Virus record (IMG/VR): IMGVR_UViG_3300031555_003801
Location: 1-64,000 of that record
Strand: one strand, 5' to 3'
Source: a virus
Taxonomy: Duplodnaviria > Heunggongvirae > Uroviricota > Caudoviricetes
Length of the DNA: 64,000 nt
Position 1 is the stretch's first letter, and each line of letters opens with the position of its first letter. The position numbers and the translations under genes were made by a program. The notes under the pieces are model-generated. The model searched no databases and had not been told where the DNA came from. It was given only the letters and a program-made list of their open reading frames with translations. Below are positions 24,131 through 34,634 of this stretch, piece by piece.

Positions 24131-24850
24131 ATGGCTACTTACATTTGCAGTGATTTACATGGCAATTATAATGTATGGTATGAAATCAAAAAATTCTTAA
24201 AAAAAGATGATAAATTAATTTGCCTTGGTGATGTAATTGATAGAGGTTCCGCAGGATATTCCATTTTAGTAGAAATGCTTGGAGATTCAAGAGTAGAATT
24301 ATTTATGGGTAATCATGAAGATATGATGATTCGTAGTTGTGATTTACATCTTAAAGGTGCTAATACAAATACTTCTTCCACTATGGCAAATTGGATTTAT
24401 GGCAATGGTGGAAATTGTACTTTTGAAGATTGGTGTCTCGATCCTGGTCGTATGGAAATATTAGAACAAATGCGCAATCTACCTTTAAAAAGATTACATA
24501 TTAATGAAAAAGGTTTAAAAATTATTTTATGTCATGCAGGTTGTTGTTCAGAAGATTTTTATAATGATAATATTGAAGATTTTGATTTGTTATGGGATCG
24601 AAATCATTTTCATTTTCCTTGGCCAAAAGATGAAGAATTTGAAGACTGGATGGTAGTTCATGGACATACTCCAATAGCAAAGATGATGAATTGGCCAGAT
24701 TATGTGCCGACCAAAGCTCTATGGTATGAAGGTGGGCATAAAATTGATATTGATTGTTTAACAGCATTTACCAATTTTACTATTCTTCTTAATATTGATA
24801 CTTTTGAAGAACATATTATTGGAGAACCTATTGAGGAGGTGCTTTGGTAA
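24131..24850 (+). CDS. Calcineurin-like metallophosphoesterase / Ser-Thr protein phosphatase (lambda PPase/ApaH-like)
   Basis: Motifs CSDLHGN, GDVIDRG, GNHE. Confidence 0.75.
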   Translation: MATYICSDLHGNYNVWYEIKKFLKKDDKLICLGDVIDRGSAGYSILVEMLGDSRVELFMGNHEDMMIRSCDLHLKGANTNTSSTMANWIYGNGGNCTFEDWCLDPGRMEILEQMRNLPLKRLHINEKGLKIILCHAGCCSEDFYNDNIEDFDLLWDRNHFHFPWPKDEEFEDWMVVHGHTPIAKMMNWPDYVPTKALWYEGGHKIDIDCLTAFTNFTILLNIDTFEEHIIGEPIEEVLW

Positions 24851-25140
24851 TGGCTGCTTATGAAATTCATGATTTTTATTGTATTAAATGCGGAAATAAA
24901 TCAATTCCATTATCTCGTAAAAGTGGGCATCAGCATGCAAGAGGTCATAGAAAGAAATTATATTGTCCGCATTGTAAATTAACTATTAACCATGTAGAAG
25001 TAAGGAATTATGATGAAAAAGAAGAATTTTTGGAAAAATTTAAAAATGGTGAATTCATTGCCGAAGTCGAAGAAAGCATTGAGAATTGTGAGAATTCATC
25101 CATGCGGGTATTGTTCGAATCCATATCTAGCAAGAGATAA
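24844..25140 (+). CDS. Hypothetical zinc-ribbon protein
   Basis: CIKCGN...CPHCK. Confidence 0.35.
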   Translation: MVMAAYEIHDFYCIKCGNKSIPLSRKSGHQHARGHRKKLYCPHCKLTINHVEVRNYDEKEEFLEKFKNGEFIAEVEESIENCENSSMRVLFESISSKR

Positions 25141-25164
25141 TTTTGCGAGTCAAAAATATGATGT

Positions 25165-25674
25165 TTGGTTTTGTCCAAAATGCGGAACGGGATGGGTGAT
25201 ATAATGGCAACAAGTTTAATTATGATGGTTGGCGCGCCTGGAAGTGGTAAAACTACTTGGATTAAAAATGCTAAAGAATTTAATTTAGAAGGAAATCATA
25301 TTTCTCGAGATGTAATTAGATTTTCTTTAGTAAAAGAAGACGAAGAATATTTTAGTCGAGAAAATGAAGTATTTGATAAATTTATTGAAGAAATTCAAAA
25401 GTCTATTGATGCGGGACAGCGCACTTATGTAGATGCTACTAATCTCAATGAAAGATCAAGAAATAAAGTTCTTGATAGATTAAATCTTGAAAATGTAGAT
25501 TTATATGCTTTAGTTTTTAATATTCCTCTTGAAGAATGTTTGCGACGCAATGCTCTGCGGACCGGACGTGAAGTAGTGCCAGAAAGCGCTCTGACGCGCA
25601 TGCATAAATCTATGACAAATCCGCGAGGAGACCAGAAATATAAATATAAGGAGGTATATGTAATTTATGCCTAA
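25165..25674 (+). CDS. Polynucleotide 5'-kinase (T4 Pnk kinase-domain-like P-loop kinase)
   Basis: MMVGAPGSGKTTW (Walker A), ISRDVIR, DATNLNERSR, FNIPLEECLRRNALR, all similar to the T4 Pnk kinase domain. The start is probably the ATG at 25204. Confidence 0.65.
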   Translation: MVLSKMRNGMGDIMATSLIMMVGAPGSGKTTWIKNAKEFNLEGNHISRDVIRFSLVKEDEEYFSRENEVFDKFIEEIQKSIDAGQRTYVDATNLNERSRNKVLDRLNLENVDLYALVFNIPLEECLRRNALRTGREVVPESALTRMHKSMTNPRGDQKYKYKEVYVIYA

Positions 25675-25909
25675 ATATTGCAAATATTGCGGAAAAGAAT
25701 TAGAGTTAGATTTTAATTTTGATCTTGGTTTTTCTTCTCCTAATAATACTTCCTATAAAGAATGTAATTGTGAAACTAAACAAAAAATTAAAAAATTAAA
25801 AGAAAAAATTCATGAACTTGAAATAAAAAAGAAAGCTTTGCATGAAGAACAATATCATTTAAAATGCGATTTAAATGATTTAGAATATAATGCTACAAAA
25901 TATATTTAA
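25667..25909 (+). CDS. Hypothetical protein (Cys pair + coiled coil)
   Basis: ORF track only. Confidence 0.3.
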   Translation: MPKYCKYCGKELELDFNFDLGFSSPNNTSYKECNCETKQKIKKLKEKIHELEIKKKALHEEQYHLKCDLNDLEYNATKYI

Positions 25910-25912
25910 GGA

Positions 25913-26536
25913 GTGATACTAATGGGGAAAATTTTCCTTACTAGTGACTGTCATTTCAACCATGTTAATATTATTAAATATGAGTCTGAAACACGCGGCA
26001 TGTTTGCTAGTCCCGCAGAAATGAATGAAAAAATTATTGAAAATTGGAATAGTGTAGTTAGTCCAGAAGACACAGTATATGTTTTAGGGGATTTATGTAT
26101 GGGAAAGCTAGATGATATTCCCTTAATTATTGAAAGACTAAATGGCACTATTGTTCTCGTTCGCGGTAACCACGATACAGAGAACAGATTACGTCTTTAT
26201 CGTTCTCTTGGAATTGAAGTAAAAGATATTGCTTACCTTGAATATAAAGGCAGATTTTTTGTAATGTGTCATTTCCCTATGACTAATCCAGAATTTATTA
26301 AATTAGTTACAAAAGATAATAGTGAAGTAGTTATGCTTTATGGACATATTCACTCTAATGCGCCAAAGGGTTATGTAGATGGAACTTATCATGTAGGTAT
26401 GGATACAAATGATTTAACCCCAATTTCAATTCATCAAATTTGGAAAGAATGTTGGCCAGAAAATATGAATGAACAAAATAAAGCATATAAAGCAAAGTAT
26501 GAATGTGGAGGTTGTCCAGAAGAAGATAATTGTTAG
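25913..26536 (+). CDS. Metallophosphoesterase (calcineurin-like; candidate 2',3'-cyclic phosphodiesterase/3'-phosphatase partner of the kinase)
   Basis: TSDCHFNH, GDLCMG, GNHD, GHIH motifs. Confidence 0.7.
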   Translation: MILMGKIFLTSDCHFNHVNIIKYESETRGMFASPAEMNEKIIENWNSVVSPEDTVYVLGDLCMGKLDDIPLIIERLNGTIVLVRGNHDTENRLRLYRSLGIEVKDIAYLEYKGRFFVMCHFPMTNPEFIKLVTKDNSEVVMLYGHIHSNAPKGYVDGTYHVGMDTNDLTPISIHQIWKECWPENMNEQNKAYKAKYECGGCPEEDNC

Positions 26537-26602
26537 TTCTTTTTTGATAAAGAACATTGTGGAGTTTTTAATTAAAATTTAATATATAAAAGGAGTTTTT
26601 TA

Positions 26603-27994
26603 ATGGAAAAAATTATTGGTATTCTTGCGGCCGGCGTTCCGGTATTAGCAGTTATCGTCCTCGTAGCTCTTGTAGTAGTCTTTGGTTATGTAAAGGCACC
26701 GCCTGATGTTGCCTACATTATTTCCGGAGTAAGAAAAAATCAACGAATCCTCGTTGGTAAGGCTGGCATTAAGATTCCATTCTTTGAAAGACTTGATAAG
26801 TTAGCTCTTGGCGCAATTCAGATTGATGTAAAGACTGGTTCTTCTGTTCCAACAGCAGAATATATCAATGTTAGAATTGACTCTACTGTATCTGTAAGAG
26901 TAAGCCAGGATCCAGCGCTGATGAAGATTGCAGCTCAGAACTTCTTGAATGTGCCACGTGAAGAAATTGCGCGTAAGGTAAATGATTTACTGGAAGGTAA
27001 TATCCGTGAAATCGCAGGTTCTATGAAGCTTACTGAAATGGTTAGCGATAGAAAGAAATTTAGCGAACAGGTTCAGGAAAATGCTGTTCCAGACTTACAG
27101 AGATTTGGTCTTGAATTAGTTTCTTTCAATGTTCAGAACTTCGTCGATGACAATGATGTGATTACTAACTTAGGTATTGACAATGTAGAACAGATTAGAA
27201 AGGCAGCTATGATTGCTAAGTCTAATGCACAGAGAGAAGTTGCTATCGCAGAAGCAGAAAATGCTAAGCAGGCAAATGATGCTAAGGTTAAGGCAGCCGA
27301 AGAAATTGCTGTAAGAAATAATGACCTGGCTATTAAGAAAGCTCAGCTTCAGAAGATTTCTGATACTGAACAGGCTCAGGCAGATGCAGCAGCTGGTATC
27401 GAAGCAGAAAATCAGCGTAAAGTAATGGAAGTTGCGGCAGCAAATGCTAACATTGCTAAGGCTGAAAGAGAAACTGAATTAAAGAGACAGCAGATTGAAT
27501 TAAAAGAAAGAGAACTGGATGCTCTGGTTCGTAAGCAGGCAGATGCTGAAAAGTATGCCGCTGAAAAGAAAGCAGAAGCAGAATTAATTACTCGTCAGAA
27601 GAAAGCAGAAGCTGAACGCTATGAAAAGGAACAGGAAGCAGAAGCTATGAAGGCTCAGGCTGATGCAGCTAAATATGCGGCAATGGCTGAAGCAGAAGGT
27701 ATTGCGGCCAAAGGTCGTGCGGAAGCAGAAGCTATTGAAAAGAAGGCAGAAGCTCAGAAGTTAATGGGTGAAGCATCTGTAGTAGATATGATTCTTCAGA
27801 CATTACCAGAAATGACTGCCGCAGCTGCTGCTCCACTTGCCAATGTAGATACTATGAACCTCTATGGTGAAGGTAATGGAGGTAAAGTTGTTGGCGATGT
27901 AATGAAGATTACTAATCAGGTAATGGAAGGTCTCGCTGCTAATGGTATCAATGTAATTGATATTATTAATAAAGCAATGGAACGCAATAGATAA
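26603..27994 (+). CDS. Flotillin/SPFH (band 7) family protein
   Basis: N-terminal TM segment, SPFH domain, long Ala/Glu/Lys-rich coiled coil (KAEAE repeats). GC-richer than the backbone. Confidence 0.8.
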   Translation: MEKIIGILAAGVPVLAVIVLVALVVVFGYVKAPPDVAYIISGVRKNQRILVGKAGIKIPFFERLDKLALGAIQIDVKTGSSVPTAEYINVRIDSTVSVRVSQDPALMKIAAQNFLNVPREEIARKVNDLLEGNIREIAGSMKLTEMVSDRKKFSEQVQENAVPDLQRFGLELVSFNVQNFVDDNDVITNLGIDNVEQIRKAAMIAKSNAQREVAIAEAENAKQANDAKVKAAEEIAVRNNDLAIKKAQLQKISDTEQAQADAAAGIEAENQRKVMEVAAANANIAKAERETELKRQQIELKERELDALVRKQADAEKYAAEKKAEAELITRQKKAEAERYEKEQEAEAMKAQADAAKYAAMAEAEGIAAKGRAEAEAIEKKAEAQKLMGEASVVDMILQTLPEMTAAAAAPLANVDTMNLYGEGNGGKVVGDVMKITNQVMEGLAANGINVIDIINKAMERNR

Positions 27995-28011
27995 TTAAAT
28001 CCTTTTGGACA

Positions 28012-28040
28012 AAACCGAGATATTATTATCTCGGTTTTTT
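28012..28040 (+). terminator. Rho-independent terminator
   Basis: aaaccgagata-ttatt-atctcggttt + tttt. Confidence 0.7.
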
Positions 28041-28083
28041 CGTATTTTTATGGAAATAAAAAAATTTTTAAAGGAGGAATATT

Positions 28084-28584
28084 ATGGGTCCTTTTATTTA
28101 TTCTAATAGCGGACATACCGCTTATGGAGTAAAAGAATATATTTGTGATACTAATGCAGATGTAGATTTACTTCCATTAGATGACACCCCAGGTAGTTCC
28201 GCACTTGTAATTGATTCCGGCGATTTATATATATTAAATAGTAAACATGAATGGAAATAGCAAGGTGGAGGATCTTCCTCTGGTGGCGGTGGAGATACAA
28301 CCGCACTCGAAAATAAAATAAAAGAACTTGAAAAGACTGTAGAAAGTCTCACACAACAAGTTTCTGAATTAACTACAATTAATTAGGAATTAACTCAAAA
28401 AGTGCAAGAGTTAGAAGATCAAATAGCTGAACTTGAAAAAGAAGAAGTTGTAGTTAATAAAGAGTCTGGTTCTATGGTTATTCCAGAAGAAGCAGCAGTT
28501 ATTAGTAGTGAAACAGGCACAGTAATTTTCGATGAAGAAGTTGCTGAAGTTAGAAAAGAAACAGGAACTTTAGTTCTTAAATAA
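28084..28584 (+). CDS. Tail-fibre-like protein (N-terminal globular segment, Gly/Ser linker, coiled coil), 2 in-frame TAG codons (28258, 28384)
   Basis: Codon-by-codon translation from ATG 28084 is continuous to the ORF-track frame 28402..28584 if TAG is sense. Confidence 0.5.
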
Positions 28585-28595
28585 GGAGGATAAAA

Positions 28596-29606
28596 ATGGT
28601 TAAATTATATAATGCTGAAATTGGAAATGAAATTTTCCCAATTAAAGACTATAATTTATATGAATTAGAATAGGCTGTAAATGCTGGAAAAGTAATTGGT
28701 ATTGCTGATGATGGTAGTTTAGTAGCTATTAATTTAGATAAATCTCCAATTGAAGTAGAAGGTAATGGCGTTGCTACTTTAGCAGAAGCTTTTGAATTAG
28801 GTGGAGAAGTTAAATTATTAGAAGATATAGTTATTACTGAACAAGTACATTGCGCAAAAGTTGTAGTATTAAATCTTAATGGTCATAATATTATTGCTGA
28901 TTTTGAATTAGCTAGTGGCGCACTTAATGTTGCTCATGGTGGAGAATTAACTATTAAAGGTATTGGTCATATTCATGCTCCTAAATGCTATGGCGCAGTT
29001 ACTATGACTCAAAAAGGTGATACTAATGATAGTCAAGTAGCTAAATTAGTAGTAGAAGATGGTTGCTTAAAAGGTCAATATTATGCTATTTGCGGAAATG
29101 GTAATCCTGGTAGAGGAAATACTAGTATTACTATTAATGGTGGTAAATTAGGTACTTTTGAAGAAACTGGTACTGCAATCTTTAATCCGCAAGAAAATAG
29201 TGAAGTTATTATCAATGGCGGAAAAATCATTGGTTCTACTGGAATTGAAATGCGTTCTGGTGATTTAGAAGTAAATGGTGGAGAAATTGTAGGTATTGGT
29301 GTTCCTTCTTCTTCCACTCCTAATGGTAGCGGTACTACTTCTGATGGTTGCGGAATTGCTGTTGCACAACATACTACAAATCATCCTATTAATGTAGTTG
29401 TAAATAAAGGTTTTATTAGAGGTTATAGTGCTTTATATCAAAGCAATCCTCAAAACACTGACCATACAATTGTTAATATGGTTGTAAATGGAGGAGTATT
29501 TAACACTATTAATAATGGTACTGTTTCTGTTTATAGTGAAAATAAAACTGGATTTATTAATGGCGGAGTATTTGCTCCTGCGGCTGATGAAGTTTACATG
29601 GCTTAA
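28596..29606 (+). CDS. Right-handed beta-helix (pectate-lyase-like) fibre/depolymerase-like protein, 1 in-frame TAG (28671)
   Basis: Repetitive GxNGGxI / NGGKI beta-helix repeats. Joins ORF-track frame 29004..29606. RBS AAGGAGGA. Confidence 0.55.
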
Positions 29607-29617
29607 TTTTATTTTTC

Positions 29618-29648
29618 GGGACTAACTTTTGTTAGTCCCAATTTTTTG
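29618..29648 (+). terminator. Rho-independent terminator
   Basis: gggactaac-ttttg-ttagtccc + aattttttg. Confidence 0.7.
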
Positions 29649-29767
29649 TTTCCCTGAACGGTCGAAGTTTGGACCAAAAATCGCATAGCAAATTTTTTCC
29701 ATAAAAACCTCCATATTTGTTTTTATATATTTTTTATGATATAATAAAAATAAAAAAGGAGTTTCCA

Positions 29768-30220
29768 ATGAAGAGAGAGCCTGAATTTATTTGGAATGAA
29801 CAAGCAGGTATTGCTACTTGCGTAATTGAAGACGCAAAGGGAAGAAATCATGTAGGTGTTGCTGCTTGTCATCCAAAAGACAGAGATATGATGACAGATA
29901 AAGTTGGTTGCGAAATTGCGCTCAGACGTGCGGAAATTGAAGCTCTTCGCTCATATATTAGAGATGAATTAAAACCAGGTCTTGACGCTTTAAATCAGCT
30001 TTATTTTTCTATTAAACATAGTAAGAAGTTTAGTCCTAAAGGATATGAGACTATTATGTTATATAGACAAATTAGACAAAAAGAAGAAGATATTGCTCTT
30101 GTAAAAAGTATTATTAGAGAAAGAAAATCTGATTTAAAAGCTTATATTGATGCAAAAGAACATTTTTATCAGATTACTCGCAAGGGTAGAGAACTTGCAG
30201 CTGAGGGCAATAATATTTAA
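29768..30220 (+). CDS. Hypothetical protein
   Basis: Start chosen at ATG 29768, which has RBS AAAGGAG and an upstream -10 TGATATAAT. The ORF-track start at 29717 would include the promoter. Confidence 0.4.
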   Translation: MKREPEFIWNEQAGIATCVIEDAKGRNHVGVAACHPKDRDMMTDKVGCEIALRRAEIEALRSYIRDELKPGLDALNQLYFSIKHSKKFSPKGYETIMLYRQIRQKEEDIALVKSIIRERKSDLKAYIDAKEHFYQITRKGRELAAEGNNI

Positions 30221-30300
30221 TTTTATTAAAAACATTTTTAATAAAATTAAGGAATATACAAATATATTCCAAAACTATTAGCAAAGAGGGAAGATACAGA

Positions 30301-31560
30301 ATGAAGATATACAAATTTTATGATACTTGCAGTCTATTAATCAAGGCAGATGCTTTATTTAAAGATGAACAAGATACCATAGTTATTTCTTCAATAAGCT
30401 TAGAAGAGTTAGAAAACATTAAAACCTCTGGCTCTAAGGATGAAGATACTAAGATGCGTGCTAGACATTTATTGCGCGTTCTTGATGAAAATCCTGACAA
30501 GTATGAAATTTGGATCTTTAAAGAACCAATGTTGAAGCCTATTGAGGAAAAGGGTTTTAGCATCTCAAATGATATGAGAATCCTTGCTAGCGCAATTGAT
30601 TATGATAATACTTGCCATCCAGATGAAACAGTATTTATAACCAATGATTTATTATTAAAACATATTGCTAATTTATTTTTTGGTGAAGATTCTGTTGGTA
30701 GTATAGAAGAAAATATTGATGATGGATATACTGGCTTCAAGGAAGTATATTTATCTAATGAAGAAATGGCCTAGTTTTATTAGAATATAAACTAGAATAT
30801 TTTTAATTTGCATATAAATTAGTATTTATTTATTTATAATCAATAGAAATAGCATGTAGATACTGTCTGCTGGGATGGTGAAACACATCGTAGTGTAATA
30901 TATCATTCATTTAAATCTGAATGGTTTGGTGAAGTCAAACCATATAAACATGATATTTATCAAGTCATTTTGGCAGATAGTTTATGTAATAATCAAATAA
31001 CCATGGTAAAGGGGCCTGCGGGCACAGGTAAAACATTCCTTTCTCTTGGTTATTTAATGCATTTATTAGAAAAAGGTAAAATTGATAAGATTATTGTTTT
31101 TTGTAATACCGTAGCTACCAAAAATTCTGCTAAGCTGGGGTATTATCCAGGAACTAGAAATGAAAAGCTTCTGGATTCACAAATTGGTAATCTACTAATT
31201 AGTAAGTTAGGAGACAGATATGCGGTTGAAGATTTAATTGAAACCGGAAAATTAGTTTTATTACCTTTATCTGATATTAGAGGCTATGATACTTCTGGAA
31301 TGAATGCAGGTATTTATATCTCAGAAGCGCAAAATATGGATATTTCATTAATGAAATTAACATTACAGAGAATCGGAGAAGATAGTGTTTGTATCATTGA
31401 TGGTGATTGTAAAACTTAGGTAGATGATATGAGTTTTGCGGGTCGCAATAATGGTATGCGTAGAGTTTCAAAAGTATTTAGAGGACAAGATGTGTATGGA
31501 GAAGTTGAACTTCAAATTATACATCGTTCAAAAATAGCACAAATTGCGGAGCAGTTATAA
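30301..31560 (+). CDS. PhoH-like protein (N-terminal PIN domain + PhoH P-loop ATPase) read through 8 in-frame TAG codons, 7 of them clustered in the interdomain linker
   Basis: PIN-like FYDTCSLL, SLEEL, ITNDLLL. ATPase motifs GPAGTGKT and IIDGDCKT*VDD...GEVELQIIHRSKIAQIAEQL. ORF-track pieces 30301..30774 and 30970..31419 are in the same frame and are joined by TAG-containing sequence. Confidence 0.65.
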
Positions 31561-31577
31561 AAACTGCTCCTTTTTTA
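31546..31577 (+). terminator. Rho-independent terminator
   Basis: gcggagcagtt-ataaaa-actgctcc + tttttt. Confidence 0.65.
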
Positions 31578-32342
31578 TTGAAAAGAAAGGGGTTGAATAT
31601 TTTGGCATCTAAAACTACAGCTAAGCAAGTCCTTGCCGCAGCAAAAGGTGAAATTAGAGAAAAGAAATATGGAAAGCCTAATAAGTATAGCAGATGGTAT
31701 TATGGGAATGAAACCAAAGCTGCTTGGTGCGGGATTTTTGTTAAATATGTAATTGAAAAATTATGTGGGGATAAAGAACTTCTTGCCGGATGTTCTAATT
31801 TCGCATATGTTCCTACCATTCATGAATGGGCAAAGAAAAAAGGTTATGTAAAATATTCTCCAGAACCAGGAGATTTAGTAATCTTTGACTGGAAATGCGG
31901 AAATGGTATTCCTGAAAGAGACCATGTAGGTTTCTGTGTAAAAGATAATAAAAATGGAACTATTACTACATATGAAGGAAATACTTCTTCTGTCTCTAAT
32001 GGTAATGGAGATTGCGTTCAATAGAGAATAAGAGATAAAAAATTTGTTCTTTGCTACATAAGACTTCCATATAAAAAATCTAAAACTACAGCAAAAAAGA
32101 AAACAAAATATACTGGTGAATTTCCTACTGCATTAGTAAGTGTTGAAAAAGGAACTAAAACTAATATTAAAAGATGGTAGAAATTCCTTAACTGGGCACT
32201 TGACGCGGGACTTACTGTTGATGGTATTTTCGGCACAATGTCTATGAAAGCTACAAAAGAGTTCCAAAGAACTGTTGGAATTGCGGACGATGGTATCGCT
32301 GGAACTAATACTATAACAAAGGCGAAAAAATATGAAAAATAA
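31578..32342 (+). CDS. Endolysin: CHAP-domain peptidase + C-terminal peptidoglycan-binding (PG_binding_1-like) domain, 2 in-frame TAG codons (32022, 32178)
   Basis: CHAP Cys/His motifs (AWCGIFV, HVGF). C-terminal LNWALDAGLTVDGIFGTMSMKATKEFQRTVGIADDGIAG reached only through the TAGs. Confidence 0.7.
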
Positions 32343-32415
32343 AAAAAAGCATCCTAAATTATAGCTTTTAAAAAATAGTTCTTGGAAGCAGTGGCCTGTA
32401 AGAAAATTTTCATTT

Positions 32416-32634
32416 ATGTATTGTTTAATTGCTAGTACAATTTTAATTGCTTGGACTGGTTTTTTAGCATATACAACAGATCATATTGATACCGCAATTT
32501 GGATTCAAGAATCTTTAAAACAATTTAGATTTATTATAGGAACAGGAACTCTTATTGTTCTTCTTCCTTTTGATGAATTAAAAAAAGTATTACTTTCTAA
32601 ATTTGCTGAAAATTTGGAAGAAGATTTAGAGTAA
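32416..32634 (+). CDS. Small membrane protein, holin candidate
   Basis: 72 aa, two hydrophobic segments, immediately downstream of the endolysin. A terminator follows at 32630-32659. Confidence 0.35.
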   Translation: MYCLIASTILIAWTGFLAYTTDHIDTAIWIQESLKQFRFIIGTGTLIVLLPFDELKKVLLSKFAENLEEDLE

Positions 32635-32723
32635 GGCTAGTCCTTACTCTTTTTTTTTGCCTTTTTTAAAAAAATATGTTATAATTATTATAGAATAAAA
32701 AGAATGATAAAAAGGAGGTTTCA

Positions 32724-34634
32724 ATGTCTAATACAGTTGATTATGGTGTAAAAGATATAAGAACCCTTGAAGGGATAGAAGCCATTAGACTTCGTCCGGG
32801 AATGTATATTGGTAGCACCGGTCCAGAGGGCGTGAAACATATTACATTAGAAATTATTTCTAATGCGATTGATGAATATCTTAATGGTCATTGTACTGAA
32901 TGTTATATTGAAGTATCAAAAGATGATGTAATTAAGATTTCTGATAATGGTCGAGGAGTTCCTTTTGGTCCAGCAGAAGATGGAACTGAAACATTGGAAA
33001 ATATTTTTACAAAATTACATACTGGTGCGAAGTTCGATAGTTCTGGTAAAACTGGATATAATACGTCTGGTGGTATGAATGGTGTTGGGGCCAAAGCAAC
33101 AAATGCTCTTTCAGAATTTTTTATTGTTTCTTCCAAAAGAGAAGATGTTTGCGCAACTATGTATTTTGAAGAAGGTATTAGAGTATCTTTTGATAAAAAG
33201 CCAGATCCGTTTGGTAATGGTAATACAGGTACAACAATAACATTTAAACCTGACGCAAAAATCTTTAAAGAAGGAATTACTTTAGATTATAACATATTAA
33301 AAAAGCAAATTCAAGAACTGGCATATTTATCCCCAGGTTTAACATTCCACTTATCTTACAAAGATAAAGGAGAAGAAATAATCTTATCTCAAAATGGTAT
33401 TAAAGATTATATGAATAATTTATGTAAAGAAAGAGAAACTATTACAGGAATTTTTTATACTGAATCCATTGAAGATAAGATTGGTGTTAAAATTGCGATG
33501 CAGTATAATAGTTTATATACTGATACATATAAATTATTTACTAACTCAATTCCAAATACTGGCGGAACACACTTAACTGGTTTTAGAACAGCCTTAACTC
33601 AAGCAGTAAATGAATATGCAAGAGATAATAAACTTTTAAAAGAAAAAGATACAAATATTACTGGCGAAGAATTAAAAGAAGGTTTAACTTTAATTTTATC
33701 TTTCATTATGCCAGATCCAGTATTCTCCGGACAAACAAAAGAAGTTTTAAGTTCAAGTGAAGCAAGAACTGCGGTTCAGAGATTAGTATCTAAGGAATTA
33801 AAAGTTTGGTTTAATAATAATCCAAAAGACATTAAGGCTATCATTGATAAGGCTATGCTTGCGCGCGCAGCTCGTGAAAAGGCAAAAAAGGCAAAGGAAA
33901 CTGTTCGTAAGCAAGATAAGGCAAAGAGAGCAGTATTACCTGGTACATTATCTGATGCGAACTCAAAGAATCGTAAAGAATGTGAAGTATTTATTGTAGA
34001 AGGTAAGTCCGCAAGTGGTACAGCAAAAGATGCAAGAGATCGAGGAACCCAGGCAATTCTTCCAGTAAGAGGTAAGATTTTAAATGTTCTTAAAGCAGAT
34101 CTTCATAAAGCGATGCAGAATCAAGAAATTAATGCGATGATTGATGCTTTTGGATTAGAAGTAAAAGATAATAAAATTATTGTTAATGAAGATAAATTAA
34201 GATATGGTAAAATTATTATTACAGCCGATGCGGATGTCGATGGTAGCCATATTAGAATCTTATTCTTAACTTTCATCTGGAAATTCTGTCCAGAATTACT
34301 AGAAAAAGGATATATTTATGCGGCAGTTCCTCCATTATATAAAGCAACAATGGGAACTAAAATTCAATATATTAAAGATGATGCTGCTTTAGAAGTATTT
34401 AGAGCGCAGACAAAGAAATCTTTTGAGTTAGGTCGTATGAAAGGTCTTGGTGAAATGGATGCTGATGAACTTGCTGAAACAGTTATGAATCCAGAATCAA
34501 GAACTTTAAAGCGTATTACAATGGAAGATGCTGCGGAAGTAGCAAAAACCTTTATGAACTTAATGGGTGAATCAGTAACACCAAGAAAGAAGTTTATTGA
34601 AGAAAATGCTTGGAGGGCAAATATTGATGTTTAA
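32724..34634 (+). CDS. Type IIA DNA topoisomerase, ATPase (GyrB/ParE-like) subunit
   Basis: GHKL ATPase and TOPRIM motifs (EGKSA, IITADADVDGSHI). 636 aa. Confidence 0.9.
   Translation: MSNTVDYGVKDIRTLEGIEAIRLRPGMYIGSTGPEGVKHITLEIISNAIDEYLNGHCTECYIEVSKDDVIKISDNGRGVPFGPAEDGTETLENIFTKLHTGAKFDSSGKTGYNTSGGMNGVGAKATNALSEFFIVSSKREDVCATMYFEEGIRVSFDKKPDPFGNGNTGTTITFKPDAKIFKEGITLDYNILKKQIQELAYLSPGLTFHLSYKDKGEEIILSQNGIKDYMNNLCKERETITGIFYTESIEDKIGVKIAMQYNSLYTDTYKLFTNSIPNTGGTHLTGFRTALTQAVNEYARDNKLLKEKDTNITGEELKEGLTLILSFIMPDPVFSGQTKEVLSSSEARTAVQRLVSKELKVWFNNNPKDIKAIIDKAMLARAAREKAKKAKETVRKQDKAKRAVLPGTLSDANSKNRKECEVFIVEGKSASGTAKDARDRGTQAILPVRGKILNVLKADLHKAMQNQEINAMIDAFGLEVKDNKIIVNEDKLRYGKIIITADADVDGSHIRILFLTFIWKFCPELLEKGYIYAAVPPLYKATMGTKIQYIKDDAALEVFRAQTKKSFELGRMKGLGEMDADELAETVMNPESRTLKRITMEDAAEVAKTFMNLMGESVTPRKKFIEENAWRANIDV

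Noticed and set aside
25010-25204. 64-aa zinc-ribbon ORF overlapping 24844..25140 and the kinase start
   Set aside because: It overlaps two better-supported frames, and only one of the overlapping frames can be real. It is left unannotated.
30301-31419. Treating 30301..30774 (PIN) and 30970..31419 (PhoH) as two separate genes, and calling TAG-interrupted genes pseudogenes
   Set aside because: The frames are identical and the gap translates cleanly except for TAG. The same pattern recurs in at least 17 conserved genes, and a tRNA(CUA) is present. Systematic recoding explains this better than decay.
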